Below are positions 35,770 to 49,910 of a stretch of 64,000 nt of DNA, in pieces; position 1 is the stretch's first letter, and every line of letters begins with the position of its first letter. The position numbers and the translations under genes were made by a program. The DNA lies in NCBI GenBank assembly GCA_013239625.1, contig MU057340.1, forward strand, positions 2,667,289 to 2,731,288, written 5' to 3'. The stretch comes from Lama guanicoe. Lineage: Eukaryota. The notes beneath the pieces were generated by a model. That model searched no databases. It was not told the DNA's origin and saw nothing but the letters and a program-made list of their open reading frames with translations.

Positions 35770-35960
35770 AGATACACACTATATATAAGATATATAAACA
35801 AGGACCTACTTTACAGCACAGGGAACTATATTCAATAGCTTGTAATAACATATAATGGAAAAGAATCTGAAAAAATGTATCTGTATGTATACCTGAATCA
35901 CTTTGCTGTACACTTGAAACTAACATTGTAAATCAACTACACCTCAATAAAATTTTTTTT
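35770..35960 (+). mobile_element. Young L1 extreme 3' end with TSD
   Basis: aaacaaggacctactttacagcacagggaactatattcaa...aatcaactacacctcaataaaa; flanks aaaaatctgttaga / aaatctgtaga, with an upstream TT/AAAA endonuclease site. Confidence 0.9.
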
Positions 35961-36555
35961 AAATCTGTAGAAAAAGTTTTATACTATAGAGATTCCAAAC
36001 AAAACTTCCCCAGCTCCCCCTCTATGTACAGTCTGAACTTTGAATTCCTATGCTTCTTTGGTCAGGAAAATTAATGCTTGGCAGTAGTCTTGTTTGCTTA
36101 TTCAAGTTTTACAAAACTCAGGTTCACCTACATACTCATGTAAAACTGCACAGCAGAGAACACTGAGACCCAAGTTAGATGCTAAATGAGGATCAGTCAC
36201 AAATTGTAAGCTTCAGAGGCTTCCAGTCTGATTTCCTTATTATAAGGAGTAATAACAGTCTTTACAGAACACTGATGATTCAACTATGAAACAATTTCCT
36301 ACTCCTTTTCTTTCTAGGGTTGGTATGAATTAACATTGAGTCAATTTCAAGTGCCTGGAAAACTGTGTTAAAAAACAGTAGCCATTTCCATGTGCAATCA
36401 GGGTGAGTCTGGGCTGCTACTACTCTGTAACCAAAATGTGGCAGAGACATGAACTGGAGACTTGCCTTAACACGAGTGCTCATCATCTTACCAAACTCTC
36501 AACTCTGCTCTCTGGCACAGCTCACTAGCGTAGTGATCGAATTAAAAAAAAAATT

Positions 36556-36780
36556 GGGATAAATTGGGAGTTCGAGATTGGCAGTTACTAAGTACTATAT
36601 ATAAAATAGATAAACAAGTTTCTACTGTACGGCACAGGGAACTATATTCAGTATCTCGTAGTAATGCATAATGAAAAAGAATATGAAAAGGAATGTATAT
36701 GTATGTTCATGTATGACTGAAACATTATGCTGTACACCAGAAATTGACACAACATTGCAAACTGACTATAATAAGAAAAA
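36556..36780 (+). mobile_element. Young L1 extreme 3' end
   Basis: gggataaattgggagttcgagatt...gcacagggaactatattcag...gctgtacaccagaaattgacacaacattgcaaactgactata. Confidence 0.9.
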
Positions 36781-38060
36781 GATATAGGATAAATTAAAAT
36801 GTATCAAATACCTTTAGGCAAACTAGGACACTACATGAGAGCTTGATTTAACACAAGATCTTGCTTAGGAAAACAATAACCAATTACAAACCCTTGATTT
36901 ACAGAGGACATTCGGGCCCAGAAAACATTATGTCTTCTAGGTAGAGTCAGAACTGGACTAGAACTCAGGTCTTGCTTCTTAATTCGGTATGGGAAGCTTG
37001 CAGAAACTCAAAACAGAAGAGACTTTTCAACATGAAACACCAACCAGAAACCACAGTCTGGTGACAGCAAGGAGCTGTGAGTCCACTGCGATGTCCCACC
37101 AACCTCAAGGGGCCGGTGCATCGGCAAATGACAGGAAGAAAAACACACATTCATGGAATCACTGGTGCAAGGCAGGCAGATGGCCGGGGGGGAGTCTTAC
37201 TCTAAATACAGTCTTCTGTTGTTAAAAGGAGAAGCTGAGCAGGAGGCAAGATCAAGCAAAGCAGCTTTTTCCTACAAAATAAGCCCCAATTCCTGGGAAG
37301 ACGCTCTGAGGCTGGATGTTCCGTCCCCTGGACCACCTGGTGCCATTGCCTTGAAACCAGTCGTGGGACTCCCTTGGCAGTGGCCCCCAATCTGAGGTGT
37401 GAGTGCTTGACAGCTCTGCTCAACGTGAGCTCTGCTCTCTCCTCCTAATTCGAGGAGCCAAGGAGCCCAGGAGCCTCTGCTTGTGCTGCCTGAACATGTG
37501 TAGACGGCCCCACCCCCACCGCCCCTCCCTTCCACTTTCCTGACTGGGTCCTCGGATGAATTCTAGCCCTTTATAAACAGGAAAAACACATTCCAAGTGT
37601 AGACAGCCTGTTCTCTTTAGAACTGGCCAAACAAGTCTCATTTTGAGTCACCAACCAAAAGGCACCCGCTAAAACAACACATCTTTGCTATTCTTGCAGA
37701 GGCCTTTTTGATCTCCGGGTTTTACACGATCCATCCCTCTTACATTTGAGATGGATCAAACCAACCAGCTTTCATTTATTAGGCTGCACGTGCTTTCTTG
37801 ATGTGGGCAGGGGAAGGGGAACCAGCAGCCCGCCCACCTGAAGCGGGGTTTGCCTTGCAGCTGCACAGTTTACTGAGTGTAGCTCAGGGCTCCATCACTG
37901 GCACCAACAGCTACATTAATTTTCAAACACTGTAATAAGGCTAATGACTGTATCCAGAACAGGCTCTCCTTCCTACCACCTCTGTTCCATCTCACCCCAC
38001 TCCCCTCCACCCTCTACTCCAACTACCCTCAACTGTCCCCTGGCCACTGTGTGTGTGCCA

Positions 38061-38079
38061 TCTCCACTAGGGGGCGTGT
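38061..38079 (+). promoter_or_regulatory. Candidate CTCF site
   Basis: CCACTAGGGGGCG at 38064-38076 is a near-consensus CTCF core in apparently unique sequence, with its CpG retained. Confidence 0.5.
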
Positions 38080-38404
38080 ATGGGCAGAGAAAACTGCTGG
38101 AAACACACATTTGAGGACTGTGTTCTGACTTGGCCACCTGGGAGGGAGAAGTGCAGAGTCCTGGCAGGTGGACAAAAGGGAATGATAACAAAGGAGTGAG
38201 AAGGAAGCTGTCATTTCTGGATCAGATAAGATCTTTCCATGTTCTGTAAGTTTCATTTACCAGGCTCATAGGTTATTCACGGTTGACAGAATTTCCCTTC
38301 AACCAAATAAATGAAACCACAGCAACTCCGAGAATTCTGAAAACATCTACTCAACCAAAACAAAAAGCGTAAGTTCCTGAAAAATGAAATAGGTCCGTTT
38401 AATC

Positions 38405-38636
38405 CAGGGCACCTTGATCCTTGGCTCAGCTGACATTTGTGGCTGGGTAATTCTTTGTTACAGGGGCCTGTGCTGCGCATCAAAGGATGTCTGGCAGAAT
38501 CCTTGTCCTCGAGCCACAAGATGCCATTAGAGAGACGCCATTGGGACCTGCCACCCTCAACTGTGACAATCAAAAATGTCTCCTGACACTGTCAAATGTT
38601 CCTTAAAGGTTAAAGCACCCCAATTGAGAACCACAG
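38405..38636 (-). mobile_element. MER20
   Basis: tgacatttgtggctgggtaattctttgtt...aggatgtctggcagaatccttg...ctgtgacaatcaaaaatgtctcctgacactgtcaaatg...ttgagaaccacag. Confidence 0.85.
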
Positions 38637-40027
38637 CCTTAACCAATCAGCAGGACCTTACCCACCCATAGGATAAGGCTTGGGAAGGTCCGCCCACAGG
38701 ACTAGATTACGGAGCAAGGAGAAGCAAACCAAGTGCACTCAGGAGCCAGTCACCAGCCCTGACGACGAGCAGGCTCAGAGCCCGGTGCAAAGACTAGAGG
38801 CCACAGGGAGATGGCGCAGGTGTTGGGGGGATTCCTGATGCTGCCCCAAGCTGACTGACGGACGCGTCTCATTTTCTTCCACATCCTTCAGTTCCAACAC
38901 TATCTTGGCATCCGCCGAGGAGCTCATGCCTAGGCTGGCTATGTCCCCATTTACTAATTAGTATATGGCTTTGGGGCCCCACTCCACAAAGATCCCAGTC
39001 CATAAATCAACAGTCACAGGGAAGGCTGCTATGAGAAGACAAAATCTGGATGATGCTACATCAAACAGTCTTAAACAGAGAAGGACTGTCATCTGGCTTC
39101 CAGCCCAGGAAACCATGAACACGTATTACGACAGGTCGATAATGGCTCTCCAGGAGGTAAAAAGGAATGGTCTGTGAAAAGATTACATAGTGTGTAAACT
39201 TGTTAGGTAGTTCTCCTCGATGTTGGATGAAGCCCTCAAAGATTTGCTTTCACTCAGAGCCAATGGACAGTCAAGCCACAAAGACATTTTATGATAAGTA
39301 TATACTTTTCTCCTCTGAGGATCAGGCTTTTGGCAACTCCCTATTTAGAAAACACCCATGAATGTCAACAGGCCCAAAATGGCTCCAATAATAAGGAAAG
39401 CCACAGTCATAAAAATCGTCAAAATCACTTCCAAAAACTGGGGCAATGCCCTCAACATAAAGCTCATTATTCAGCAAGCACTCACTGAATCCTACAAGCC
39501 CATCACCCCGGAAGCCCATTCCTTCAGCTGGAGAGGGACACAGGCTGGGTGCTGGCCCTCGAGTGTTCCAGCTGCACTGTCTACAGAAATGGGACGGCCC
39601 TCCAAACACAGGATCCGAGAAAGACCAGCAGGTTACAAGTCTCAAAAACTAGCTGGTGAATGAGAAGATGAGTGCGCACACGGACATGCACACAGTCTGG
39701 GGAGGAGGGGCCCTCAGAGGCTCATCAAAGGTAAACTGTATAGTGAATTTCCCATCACTTCTGAAATATAGCAAATCCCCATGAAGCACAAAGCCCTAGG
39801 CTGTGCTAGATCCTGGGTCATTAATGCCCCAAGTCTGAATTTTCTTAGGGAAGAGCTCAACCATCAGACATTGGTTGATAAGTTTATAAAGGGTGACCTT
39901 TAATAAACCAAGGGCAACTCTCCCAATACTGCAAATACCTGGTCCCAAGCCACAGGATTACATAAATGATGAATCAGTTCAGACCAAAACAGAACATCTC
40001 ATGAGAGTTTCCTGAACTTCCAAAAGC

Positions 40028-40200
40028 TGGGGCCTCTCAACCCCGAGGCGCTTAAGAATCACCTGGGCTCCTTCGGAAAAAAGATGCCCAGGGCTCACGC
40101 GTCAAGATTCTGATATACTTGGTCTGAGGTGCGGCCAAAGCAGGGATATTTTTATTTTTCAGCTGCCTCAGTGATTTTGATATGCAGGCAGACATGAAAC
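40028..40200. mobile_element. MER5-family MITE
   Basis: ctctcaacccc...agaatcacctggg...gatgcccagggctcac...gattctgat...gtgattttgatatgcag. Confidence 0.7.
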
Positions 40201-40539
40201 TATTACATCCTTGGAGAAATGTTCCTTCTGTCAAGCCTGTGGGTCCCATCTAGTGGGACCCAAAACATGGTCTATCCCAGCATTTAAAATGATAATGTCT
40301 CCACTCCGCACAAACGCAGATGCACTGGCTTACTAGACAATCCGTATGTGAGGCACGCTGGTTTTCTCTTGAAGAATCACACGCTCGTCTTCTCAGGCCA
40401 ATGCCCAAGGAGCCCTGCCCGGTCTTGGGGCTTTTATTAACCGCTCCTCGGCATTTGGCTCGAAGGATGAAGTTACTTGAGGTTAACTTAATAGCCCCCA
40501 CATCTACCAATGCCTCCAGTAACCAGCACCTCTGTAACC

Positions 40540-40702
40540 CTGCTACTCAAAGTCTGGTCTGTGGACGGGCAGCACTGACTTGAGCTGGCAGGCTGTTAGA
40601 AATGCAGGCTCTCAGGTCTAACTCCAGATCAACTGAATCAGAACTGGTGTAAAGAACGAGATCTGCAGGTATCTGTTTACACATTAAAGTTTGAGATGCA
40701 TT
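40540..40702. mobile_element. MER5A1-like MITE
   Basis: tgctactcaaagtctggtctgtggac...tgttagaaatgcaggctctcagg...actgaatcagaa...cacattaaagtttgaga. Confidence 0.8.
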
Positions 40703-43579
40703 TTATAAAATCTCATCCAGAATACTAAGGATGGGGGCCAATTGGATGCTAATTTCCAGTGAGAGATGACAGAGACTATAACAATTCTTTTCTTTTTTAT
40801 TATGTGCACAGAACTTGATGACTTGATATTACTTTTGAATATACTGGATGCATGTCAGGAAGACCAGCTGTCTTACAGGTGCTCCTAGTTACTGTCAGAC
40901 ATATCCAGCTGAGATGAGAACGCCATCTGCTCATGGCATGGTTTCATCACTGAGCTAGGAGTACATATAAGACAACTGGCCATGCTTTCTAACTGCAAAA
41001 TATTGATCCACTTCCCTAAAATCAAGGATACAATTTGAATACACGTCTTCTAACTTTAACTCTGATATAGCAAACAATTCTATACAGCGAATCTCTTTAG
41101 TCAGCTACCCAACATACACTTTGCACTGCTCACCAGTTAGACATCACTCAGGGCTGGCTGAGTTGCTGCTGTTTTATAGTGACGAAGTGCTCGCTTCAGA
41201 ACACCTATTTAACAGTCATGACTACCGTCCCAGTTGACTTCAAAGTGAAACAGCTTTCAAATCAGGTAAGCATCCTTATTAGATGCCTTAATTTTGCATC
41301 AGATGACATGAATCAATATTTAAAGTTTCTAGAAAGGTCTCTAATTCTGGTATTTTCCAGGGCACATAACTGATTTTGTGGCCATTGAAAGGCTTTCAAA
41401 GGTTTGCTGAAAGAAACTACTTTTTGACAACTTAAGTTCCTTGGCTGAAAGAAACTCTATTTGAAGGATTTCATCCATCCATTGTTGCAGATCGACTTTG
41501 CCCAACCTTTTGTGACAAATGAACTCTTTTAACAACCTCTCTTTCTGTCATACACAGACATGCAGGCACACATACTATAGGAACTTTTGAATTATTTCTT
41601 AATTTTTACATGTATATGATCAATGGAATATTAAAGTAAAATCCTATTTCGTTTTTGAAAAAAGATATTAAAGCTTATGAAGTCCATTCATTTTGATACT
41701 GTTTTTGTTAATGTGCAAAATGATTAATGACAAGTTACCATTTTGCCCATTTAGCCTGTAACACACAGGGTTCAATTTAATTACCTAAGAAAAAAGCATG
41801 ATTGGTCAACAAAATCAATTTCAAAATTACAGTCTTATTAGTATACATACGGTGTGGGGACCCAATGTACATTCAAAACCAGAGAGCGATCTAATTACCG
41901 GCTCCAGCACCAATTTCAGCCAGCAAACAGCACAATGTTTGGATTTCTTGTATCTGAATTTAAAAACAAATGGTTCCTAAACCTCTGTTTCCTCTGGACA
42001 CGTCACACAGAACGTGTGTGCTCCATTTCCCAGGAAGAACCACGGAGGGGACGGCTCGTGCTTCTCACCAGAGTGTCCTTCTTGGGGAGGAAGGACAGCA
42101 TCTGGGCTTGACGGGGTGGGGACTGCTGGGTTTCCTGCCCTCAGGTGGTGCACTCCCCCTTTCCCCGCCCCCAGAGGGCTTTGCAGCCCATCAGAGCCCA
42201 TCACCAGGGCGGCTGTGTTGATTCCATCCAGGAGGGATCAGGAAGTCTTGCACTCAAGACATCTTCCAACTCAGCTTCACTCTGATAAAGCTGGAACTGT
42301 CACCTTCATCTGCCTTCTACTGTTCTCTACTTCACAACCCAGAAGGGAGGAAGGGTGTGATTCACTGGCATCTCCAAACCCCCCATAAGGTTATTTTTTT
42401 AAATTGTTTTCTGTTTGGCTTCTAAGTATCAGGCTAAGACAGCTGGTTTCCAGCAGCTATTTGAAAGCATTTCTCTACAAATAACACACTGCAGGTGTAT
42501 GCATCTTTAATCCTAATAAATTAAAAGGCAAAATGACTATCACAGTCATAATATTTTCTCTTTATAAATATTGATTTAGAAAAAAATACTATAAGATACG
42601 CCAAAAGAATTCTGATCAGATGAATCCAACTTTTGGCTAGAAGGAAGTTAAGCTGGAGAAAAATCGGCAGAATTGTCAGTAAAATGCTCAATAATTTATA
42701 CTTTGGCCTGAGTGTTCCTAATGCATCCTGTCTGTAACCAACAGCCCATTAGGGATATAAATAAATATTTTTATAATGTATCATTTCCAGAAACCTCCTG
42801 GGTTGCTAGGGCAGAACACTCTTCTGCACCACTAACCACAATGCAAGCTCTTGATAAATGCTGGTAGGCTTTCAAACTCTTCCATCTCAAAGAGGGATCG
42901 GAGATCATATGTGTAAATACATATTTTATTGAATGACTTTCAAAAATAGAAATGATAAAAGAGACGTCACCGCCATTCAGAAGGAAAGCCCAGGGTACCC
43001 TCAGGAACCCAGCCCCGGGACAGGAGAACCACAAGGGAACCACTGCCCTAGAGATTTCAAATCCCTGGATATGGCCTGGCCCTGGATACACCTCTTGGCA
43101 GAAATTTTCAAAGCAACTCTTACGTGACCTAAAATAGAAGTCAATAAAAAAGGAAATGGCCTGATAAAACCCATCTCTGGGTTTCCTGTATACCGGGCAC
43201 AGGTTTTGCTCATTAGACTTCACGGATTCAGGAGGATCCTGAGAAGAACGTTCATCTTTCATCTGAGTGTCAAGATTCACCCGGGCATTCTGAACAACTA
43301 GCTACGTGGATTTTACTTGATGGCACAGTAAAATGAAACTGACATTGCTTCCCTCTTCATGAGAGTTGCTAAGAAAATCTCAGAGCCAAAATCACTGTCC
43401 ACTTCAAGGAAGAAAGTTGGCATCTATTTTGTGTTTAAACCTCATTCCTGACTATTTTCTCCCTGTCTCCTTTTTCCTCTTAATTTTAAATGTATCTAAT
43501 CTTCCTGTGTTATGTGTTTTAATCCTTTTTGAAACATATCATGGTAAGGAATTAATTAGACAAAAAGGAACAAGACAGC

Positions 43580-43875
43580 TATGGCACACAGAGGAATGGC
43601 CATCCAAATGTCCAACACCGTCATCCCCGGAACCTGTTACATTTCATGCCAAAGGGGGAATATAGTATCAGATGGAATTAAGGTTGCTAATCAGCTGACC
43701 TTAAAATAGGGGGATGATCCTGGATTATCCTGGTGGGCTCCATGTCATCACAGAATCCTTAGAAGTAGAAAAGGAAGACAGAGGGCAGGGTAGGTCAGAG
43801 GGGAACAGTTTCTCCTCAAGAACTCTCTGACTACACACAGTTGTTCGCCTGAAACCAAGGACACTGATTTAACAA
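43580..43875 (+). mobile_element. MLT1D/E-like MaLR LTR fragment
   Basis: atccccggaacctgttac...gatggaattaaggttgctaatcagctgaccttaaaatagg...atcctggattatcctggtgggc. Confidence 0.8.
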
Positions 43876-46527
43876 GCCTGGTTACTTGGTTTCTCCGGGT
43901 CACCTTTGGTTCTCTTCTGGTGGTAAGAGATTAGGAATTTTAGAAGCCGGGAGGGCAGGGATGAGGAAGACAGCACAGAAAGTTAAGTGCAGAAAAGGAC
44001 AACACTTCAGGGCCATTTATTTGGTCTAAGAGCCGGCAGCTTGTGTTATCGCGGGAGGGAGCATCACTCTGTGATTCTGACCGTAACTGATTTTCACAGT
44101 CATGACACTGCCTCACTCATTAATGAATTGTGATCCAGAATTCTGGGCTATTTCTAGAAAAATTTATAGATAAATGAGGCATTGATGTGGGCAGGGTGCA
44201 GAGGGAGGGCAGACTGTAAGGTGAGACGGGAAAAGCACAGATAGGGTGAAATGTCCCATATGTCACACAGGCTGACCACGGGGCTTCCCCTCTGGATTCT
44301 GGTTGCCACCCACCTAGACATTCTCTGAAGGCAGCACTGTCCTGATCATCAATATTACCTCAACATACATCCTCTAAGCTGATGTCCCCTAGTGCCTACC
44401 TCATTAGAGAATAACAGCCCCCCAAATAGGTCCACATCCCCACGCCCAGAACCTCTGGGGTAAACTGAGGGATGAACCACCAAGCCATCTGTTCACGGTC
44501 ACGCAGTTGCCAGGTGGTGGAGCTGTTAGAGACCCTGACCGTCTGGCTTCCTAAACACGACTCTAGGATGCCTCAGAGAGCTTGACACACCGAATCACAA
44601 AGTGAGTCAGTGGAGTGAGTTCAAAAAAAACCATAGGGATGACATCACTTGCTCGGGCACATAACAACAAGCGCTTTACAAATATCAGCCACTTTCCACT
44701 GAGTGTTACGCTTTTCCTACTATTTCAAGGGAAGCCTGTAGGCCAGCTCTTTTCCAAGGAGGAGCTGGGGAGGTATACAATCATCACCAGGAAATTTTTC
44801 AGAAAATATAGCCCTGACAGCGCCCTCCCTCCTCCTCCTCCCCAAATTCTGCTTTATCATTCTGAATTGCACTTCTAGCTGGTGATTAAAACAGAAACCA
44901 ACTTCCCAGGTGATCTGCAAACACCTACTCATTATCGTCTCTCACACATCCCCTCCCCCCGCCCCAGCCCAGCCAGCCCAGTATCTCTGCTCCGAGGTGC
45001 TCCCATGACATGGAATAGAACCCAGAATGAGCTGAATGTGGATCTTCATGGTGGAGATTTAATTTCAAAGGTATGAGGGCGCACAACTAAAATTCAAGCA
45101 ATCAGCAAAATAATTGCGCTTCATATTAGAACTTGGCAGCCAGGTAAGTAGCAAGAGGGTAACAACATGCACACATTCCCCTTTCAACGGCAGAAACTAG
45201 CCTGAGAAGATGGGAGATTACTAACACATGTTACTAGTTTAGCACACAATCTCAATCTTACTGTTTATCTCTTGCAGTTCCATCAAAGTGACATTAGAGT
45301 GGCATTTGTGGGTATTTTCCATAGAGCAAAACCAGAGAAACCAAGTGGAGCGCTAGAACCTATCAGACACACATGCACGGAAGGGGCTCGCTGTGTACCC
45401 TCCATGGTTCCACACGTGGTGGAGACAGAAGGTTGAAGAGATGGTCCCCGCCTTAGAGACAAGCCCTGCCTCCCCCAGCACCCACACAGCCGTGCAGAAC
45501 ACGGCTAGCTCAGGGCTCCATCAGCACGACACCTGGGGTTCCAACGACTCAGGAGACGGAGAGAAGCCCCTGGAGTTTTCATAGAGACACTGTGACGTCA
45601 ACTGGGTCTCTTCCCTTCATTTTCTCTCATTTTTAAACCTTCATCTAAAGCCAGGACCCAGGCTAAGATAAAGGGTGAGTAAAATACAGTTCCTGAAGCT
45701 ACTGACAAGCCACAAGCTTAAGGCAAGGTACACAGCCTGAGAGATACCCAGTTTCTCTGCAGTCACGGGGACTCTGCGAGAACAGCTCTAAACCCGAAGG
45801 AGGGGCCCATGGGGCACAGAATAGGAACAGGGTTTTGAATGCATCACTTAACATCTCAAAACTTTGGTTCTGTCTGCCCTTAAAAGGAAGCAGCAGATAG
45901 AGGTGGTATCTGAGTCCCTCCCATTTTAAGATTCAAATGAGAACAGATTTTTATCGACCAGCTCCTTGAATGTTTTGATAATTCAGGATGACCACTCTCA
46001 TGGCCTAGAAGGGGATCCTGGCAGGAGGGGTAGGGCTTGTGGGCAACAGATGACAAACTGATTTACAGCAAGGGAATTATACATGAATGAAGCCATTATG
46101 CAAAAGAGAAAAACACCAAAGTTCATTTTAACTGTGCCCCCTCCATTTAATCCCTTGCCTTGAAAACACTAAATTCATGTCACTTGCTTCTCATGGCCAC
46201 TAGATTTATATGCCCATTAAAAAACTACTTTTATAATCACCCTATGCATAATATTATGGCCATTATTATGATGACTTAAAGCCCGCAGCAGTGCAGCAGG
46301 ATCTGGGGGGAGTTTATTAACACCTTAGCAGAACATGCCATGAATACACCATTGGGATATTCACTTGGTTTTAAGAAGTCCCTTGATTTTCTTCCCAGCG
46401 AGTTCAGTCCACATTGAACTCACACCGTGACTGCCCCAACCAACGAGATCGGGTAAACTCTTTCCCCATTTTCTCTGTCCCACGATGCTTCTCCCCATCA
46501 AGACCCACCCCAGCATCAAGCTAAGGC

Positions 46528-46705
46528 ACTGGTTCTCAACCCTTACTGTACTTCAAAACCAACTGGGAGAACTTTTAAATACAAATGTCAGCTCCACCCC
46601 CTTCCCAAGATGATGATTTAGTTGGTCTGGGAAAGTCCAGGAAACCAATATGATTTTAAGCACACCCCTAAATTCTCAGAGGCAGCCAGGGTTGAGAACT
46701 ATTGA
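46528..46705. mobile_element. MER5B-like MITE
   Basis: Terminal inverted repeats cactggttctcaaccct ... cagggttgagaactattg; internal gatttagttggtctggg. Confidence 0.75.
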
Positions 46706-49189
46706 GCTAAAGTGTCCCTCTTCCCAGGCAGATATGAAAGTGAGCAGGAAGAAAAGGGGGTGGGGGACAAACATGGGGGAGGAGGGCTATGATGAACCAG
46801 AGACACGCCTAGAGGAGGCAGCCACTTTGCAGCTCCAGACCCCAGACAACTTGAGGGAAGATAGCCTGGGGATGGCCAGATCTTCCAATCTTTCCAGAGA
46901 AGCCAGAAACCCAGAGCCTTGGGACAAATCTCTGTATTGATCAACATCTGCACTAATTTCTTTTTTTTTTTTTAAGTTCTGGGAGGGCCACAGTTTAAAG
47001 GAGTTTACAGTCTTGCTCACCTGCTCAGGCCACCTAGTTACAGCTGTCTGTTATTTTATCCCAACTGCCTGACCCATTCTTAACTTTCTGAACAGTAGCA
47101 GGTATTGTTCTCCAGCAAATGCTGACTTCTGATCATCCAGTGAAGGCTTCAGAGCTCCAGCTTCTCGCCCACAGGCTCTGGCCAGCACAAGCCTGTGAAT
47201 GAGTCATGCCCAATGGCCAATCCTAAGAAACTGGAAGGGAATTTAAAAGCCATCTAGAAAGAGAGATGCAGATGCCAGGATCCAAAAAGTCTAACTGATC
47301 TGCTCAGGACCACAAAGACTGTTGAAGGTGGGGTGATCAACTCTGTCCCAGTGTTGGCACTGGAAGTCCCCTGCTCTGGGAAACCAAGGCAAAGAAGGAT
47401 GGCTGGTCATCCTGGATAAAGGACAGAGCCACCCCACTGTCCCTTGTGCAGACACCCCCATCATCTGGAATTCCTGATGCACATTCTACATTCTACCTTC
47501 ACGATTTGCTCCCTGTTAAGGTCCAAACTCCCTGAAGGGATTCAAGTCTTGCAAAGTGAGTGCTTGGTATCTATTGAGTCAATAAAGCTTTTTGCAGCTC
47601 CTTGATCAATAAAGATTCCTGCTGGTGCTGTCCTTGGAAAATACAGGCATCACTGCTCTGGGAATCTCTGAAGAATCTGATGGTCTGGACCATTCATCAG
47701 AGCTCCCTTCTCAGCCCCAATAACTACTTCACCACTTGACTGACAGAAAACAGGAGAGACACAGAGAAATGAATCAGATGAGTAACCTTCAGATGGCTGC
47801 TTCCTTCTCTCCTTGGACCACAAAGTCTCCTTCCTGCTCTAATGAGGTTATTACCCACCATCAAGGGACATGGCACGTAATGTGTTCTGAATTCTCCACT
47901 CCGAAGGCAGCTTGTCAGCAGTGAAAGAAGTCAGCCTTGGCATTTCCCTCTCAGAAGCCCGCCTGGGAATCACTCAAGGGGGTCGGAGCCGAGTGTAGAG
48001 CGCCGTGCATGGATGGAGAGGCGATCGGGAGTGGCAGTACCACCCAGATTCCAATCTCAGCCCCGACGTGAATTGGCCCTGGACCTCCTCCCTTCGGGAA
48101 GTTACAGAAATGGAGATGCCACTGCTTCCTCATCTGTGAAATGTCTACCTTGCAGGGTTTCAATTTGCAAAGGACCTAGTCCAGTGCCTGGCTCTTAATG
48201 AGAGACAGGTGTTACTGAGCAAGTCCCAGGACTCTTCCAAGGCGCCCCAGAGGCCTCTGCGAGTCAGGTGGGAGACCTCCTCCTGCTGCCTAATTTCAAA
48301 ACATATAACCCGCCTTTCCTGACCTAGTTTTATTCTGAAACAGTGGTTTTCTTAACATTCCTCAGTTTCCTTTCTGAAAAGATGCAAGCAAATCTGAGTG
48401 AAACACGGAAAGCAGAGGACAGTGTCAGCAAAATGTCATCACAACTGACACAAAGGGTTTTTCTAGCTTATCCATCAGTTATGATGGGAGGGGGTGGGGT
48501 GGTGGAGGGACAGCAGAGTTCAGTCACCAAGCCTGATGCCCAGCGTTGCTAAAGATCGCTGCTTCAGAGAATTTCCTAGGTCGGCATCTAAAAGTCTGAA
48601 ATCCGTTCCCCTGAATTCATTATAACCCACAGTAATATTTCACCTCTCAGAGCAAAACTACACTGTATGATTCACTGCACACAGCCGTTCCCTCATGGAT
48701 GCTGTAGTTTAGAATTACGATCAAAATAAGACCAAAAACCAGCTGCAAAACAAGCCCCATGCCCTTATGTTTTACAATCTAAACAGGATAAAACAAAGCA
48801 AGATTTACACGTGCCGGGGACACAATTCACACGGACATAATTTTAAGCTAACTGTATCTTAGATTCAAGAAGAATAAATGTGTGTACTATTGTTCTAGCG
48901 TAAAATCTGTTGTGGCAGGTCCGACTTTTTACATAAGAAAGTTATGACCTTAGGTCGCTGGATAGAATTACAACTGCTCAAATTTATTCTTGGCAAGCTC
49001 TTTGGGTATAATCCACTTTACAAAGATAAACAAGCGGTAGCTATCAAAATCTTACACACACTCACATACAACCACCACCACCACCACTCACAGACTCGAG
49101 AATGTCCATGTCACTCCTAAATTAAAATGTGTCCAGATGAAGTCGGGAAAAATGACCCAAGAATTCACATAACAGGAAGTTCTACATTC

Positions 49190-49365
49190 TAACCTGGTAA
49201 GAGAAAGGAGCATTAAAAAGCATTACTTAGGTCTGCAGTCCGTTTCCTGGTTTTGATATTGTATTAGAGCATATAAGATACCACTCAGGGAAGCTGGGTT
49301 CATGGAATTCTCTGTACTCTGTTTGCAACTTCCTGGGAAATTATTATTTCAAAATAAAAAGTTGC
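49190..49365 (+). mobile_element. Old L1M 3' fragment
   Basis: tttcctggttttgatattgta...gggaagctgggt...tctctgtactctgtttgcaacttcctg...tttcaaaataaaaagtt. Confidence 0.65.
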
Positions 49366-49559
49366 TTTTTGAAGGATTACTGATTGAGTTTTTTCCTGTT
49401 TGGGGAGATTTTTCACCATACAGAAGCCCAAAGCCCATTCTGAGCACCCCCTTTCTACATATGGGTCCTGGAAGGGACCGACACGAAAATATTTTGAAAA
49501 GGATCTGCAGATGTTCCTGCAAAACCTTCCCTGTTCGATGAGAACCACTACCCCAAACA

Positions 49560-49910
49560 ATGTAAATCACTGGAGACTTAAGAGAGGAGAGGCCACCATA
49601 TTTCCCCTTGGCCGCTGTGTAGAGGATTTGAAGAGGACACGGCTGGAGAACAGGAGCCCAGCGAGGAGGCTCATGCAACTCTGGTGGGGACTGAGTCCGA
49701 TACAGGCCTCTGCGGGGTCATGGCAGTCAGGATAGGTAGAGATCAGGTCCCAGAAACATTCAGGAGCCCAAATCAGCAAGACAATAAACAACAACTAAGT
49801 GGAAGGAATGGAGGAGTCTCAGATGACCTCTAGACTTTCATCGTGGGCAGCTGAGGAGACGGGATGTGTCATTCGCCAAAACAGGAAAATGGAGGAGCCG
49901 GTGAGTGAGG
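49560..49910 (-). mobile_element. L2 fragment
   Basis: cactggagacttaagagagg...gctgtgtagaggattt...ggaggagtctcagatgacctctagacttt resembles reverse L2. Confidence 0.5.
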
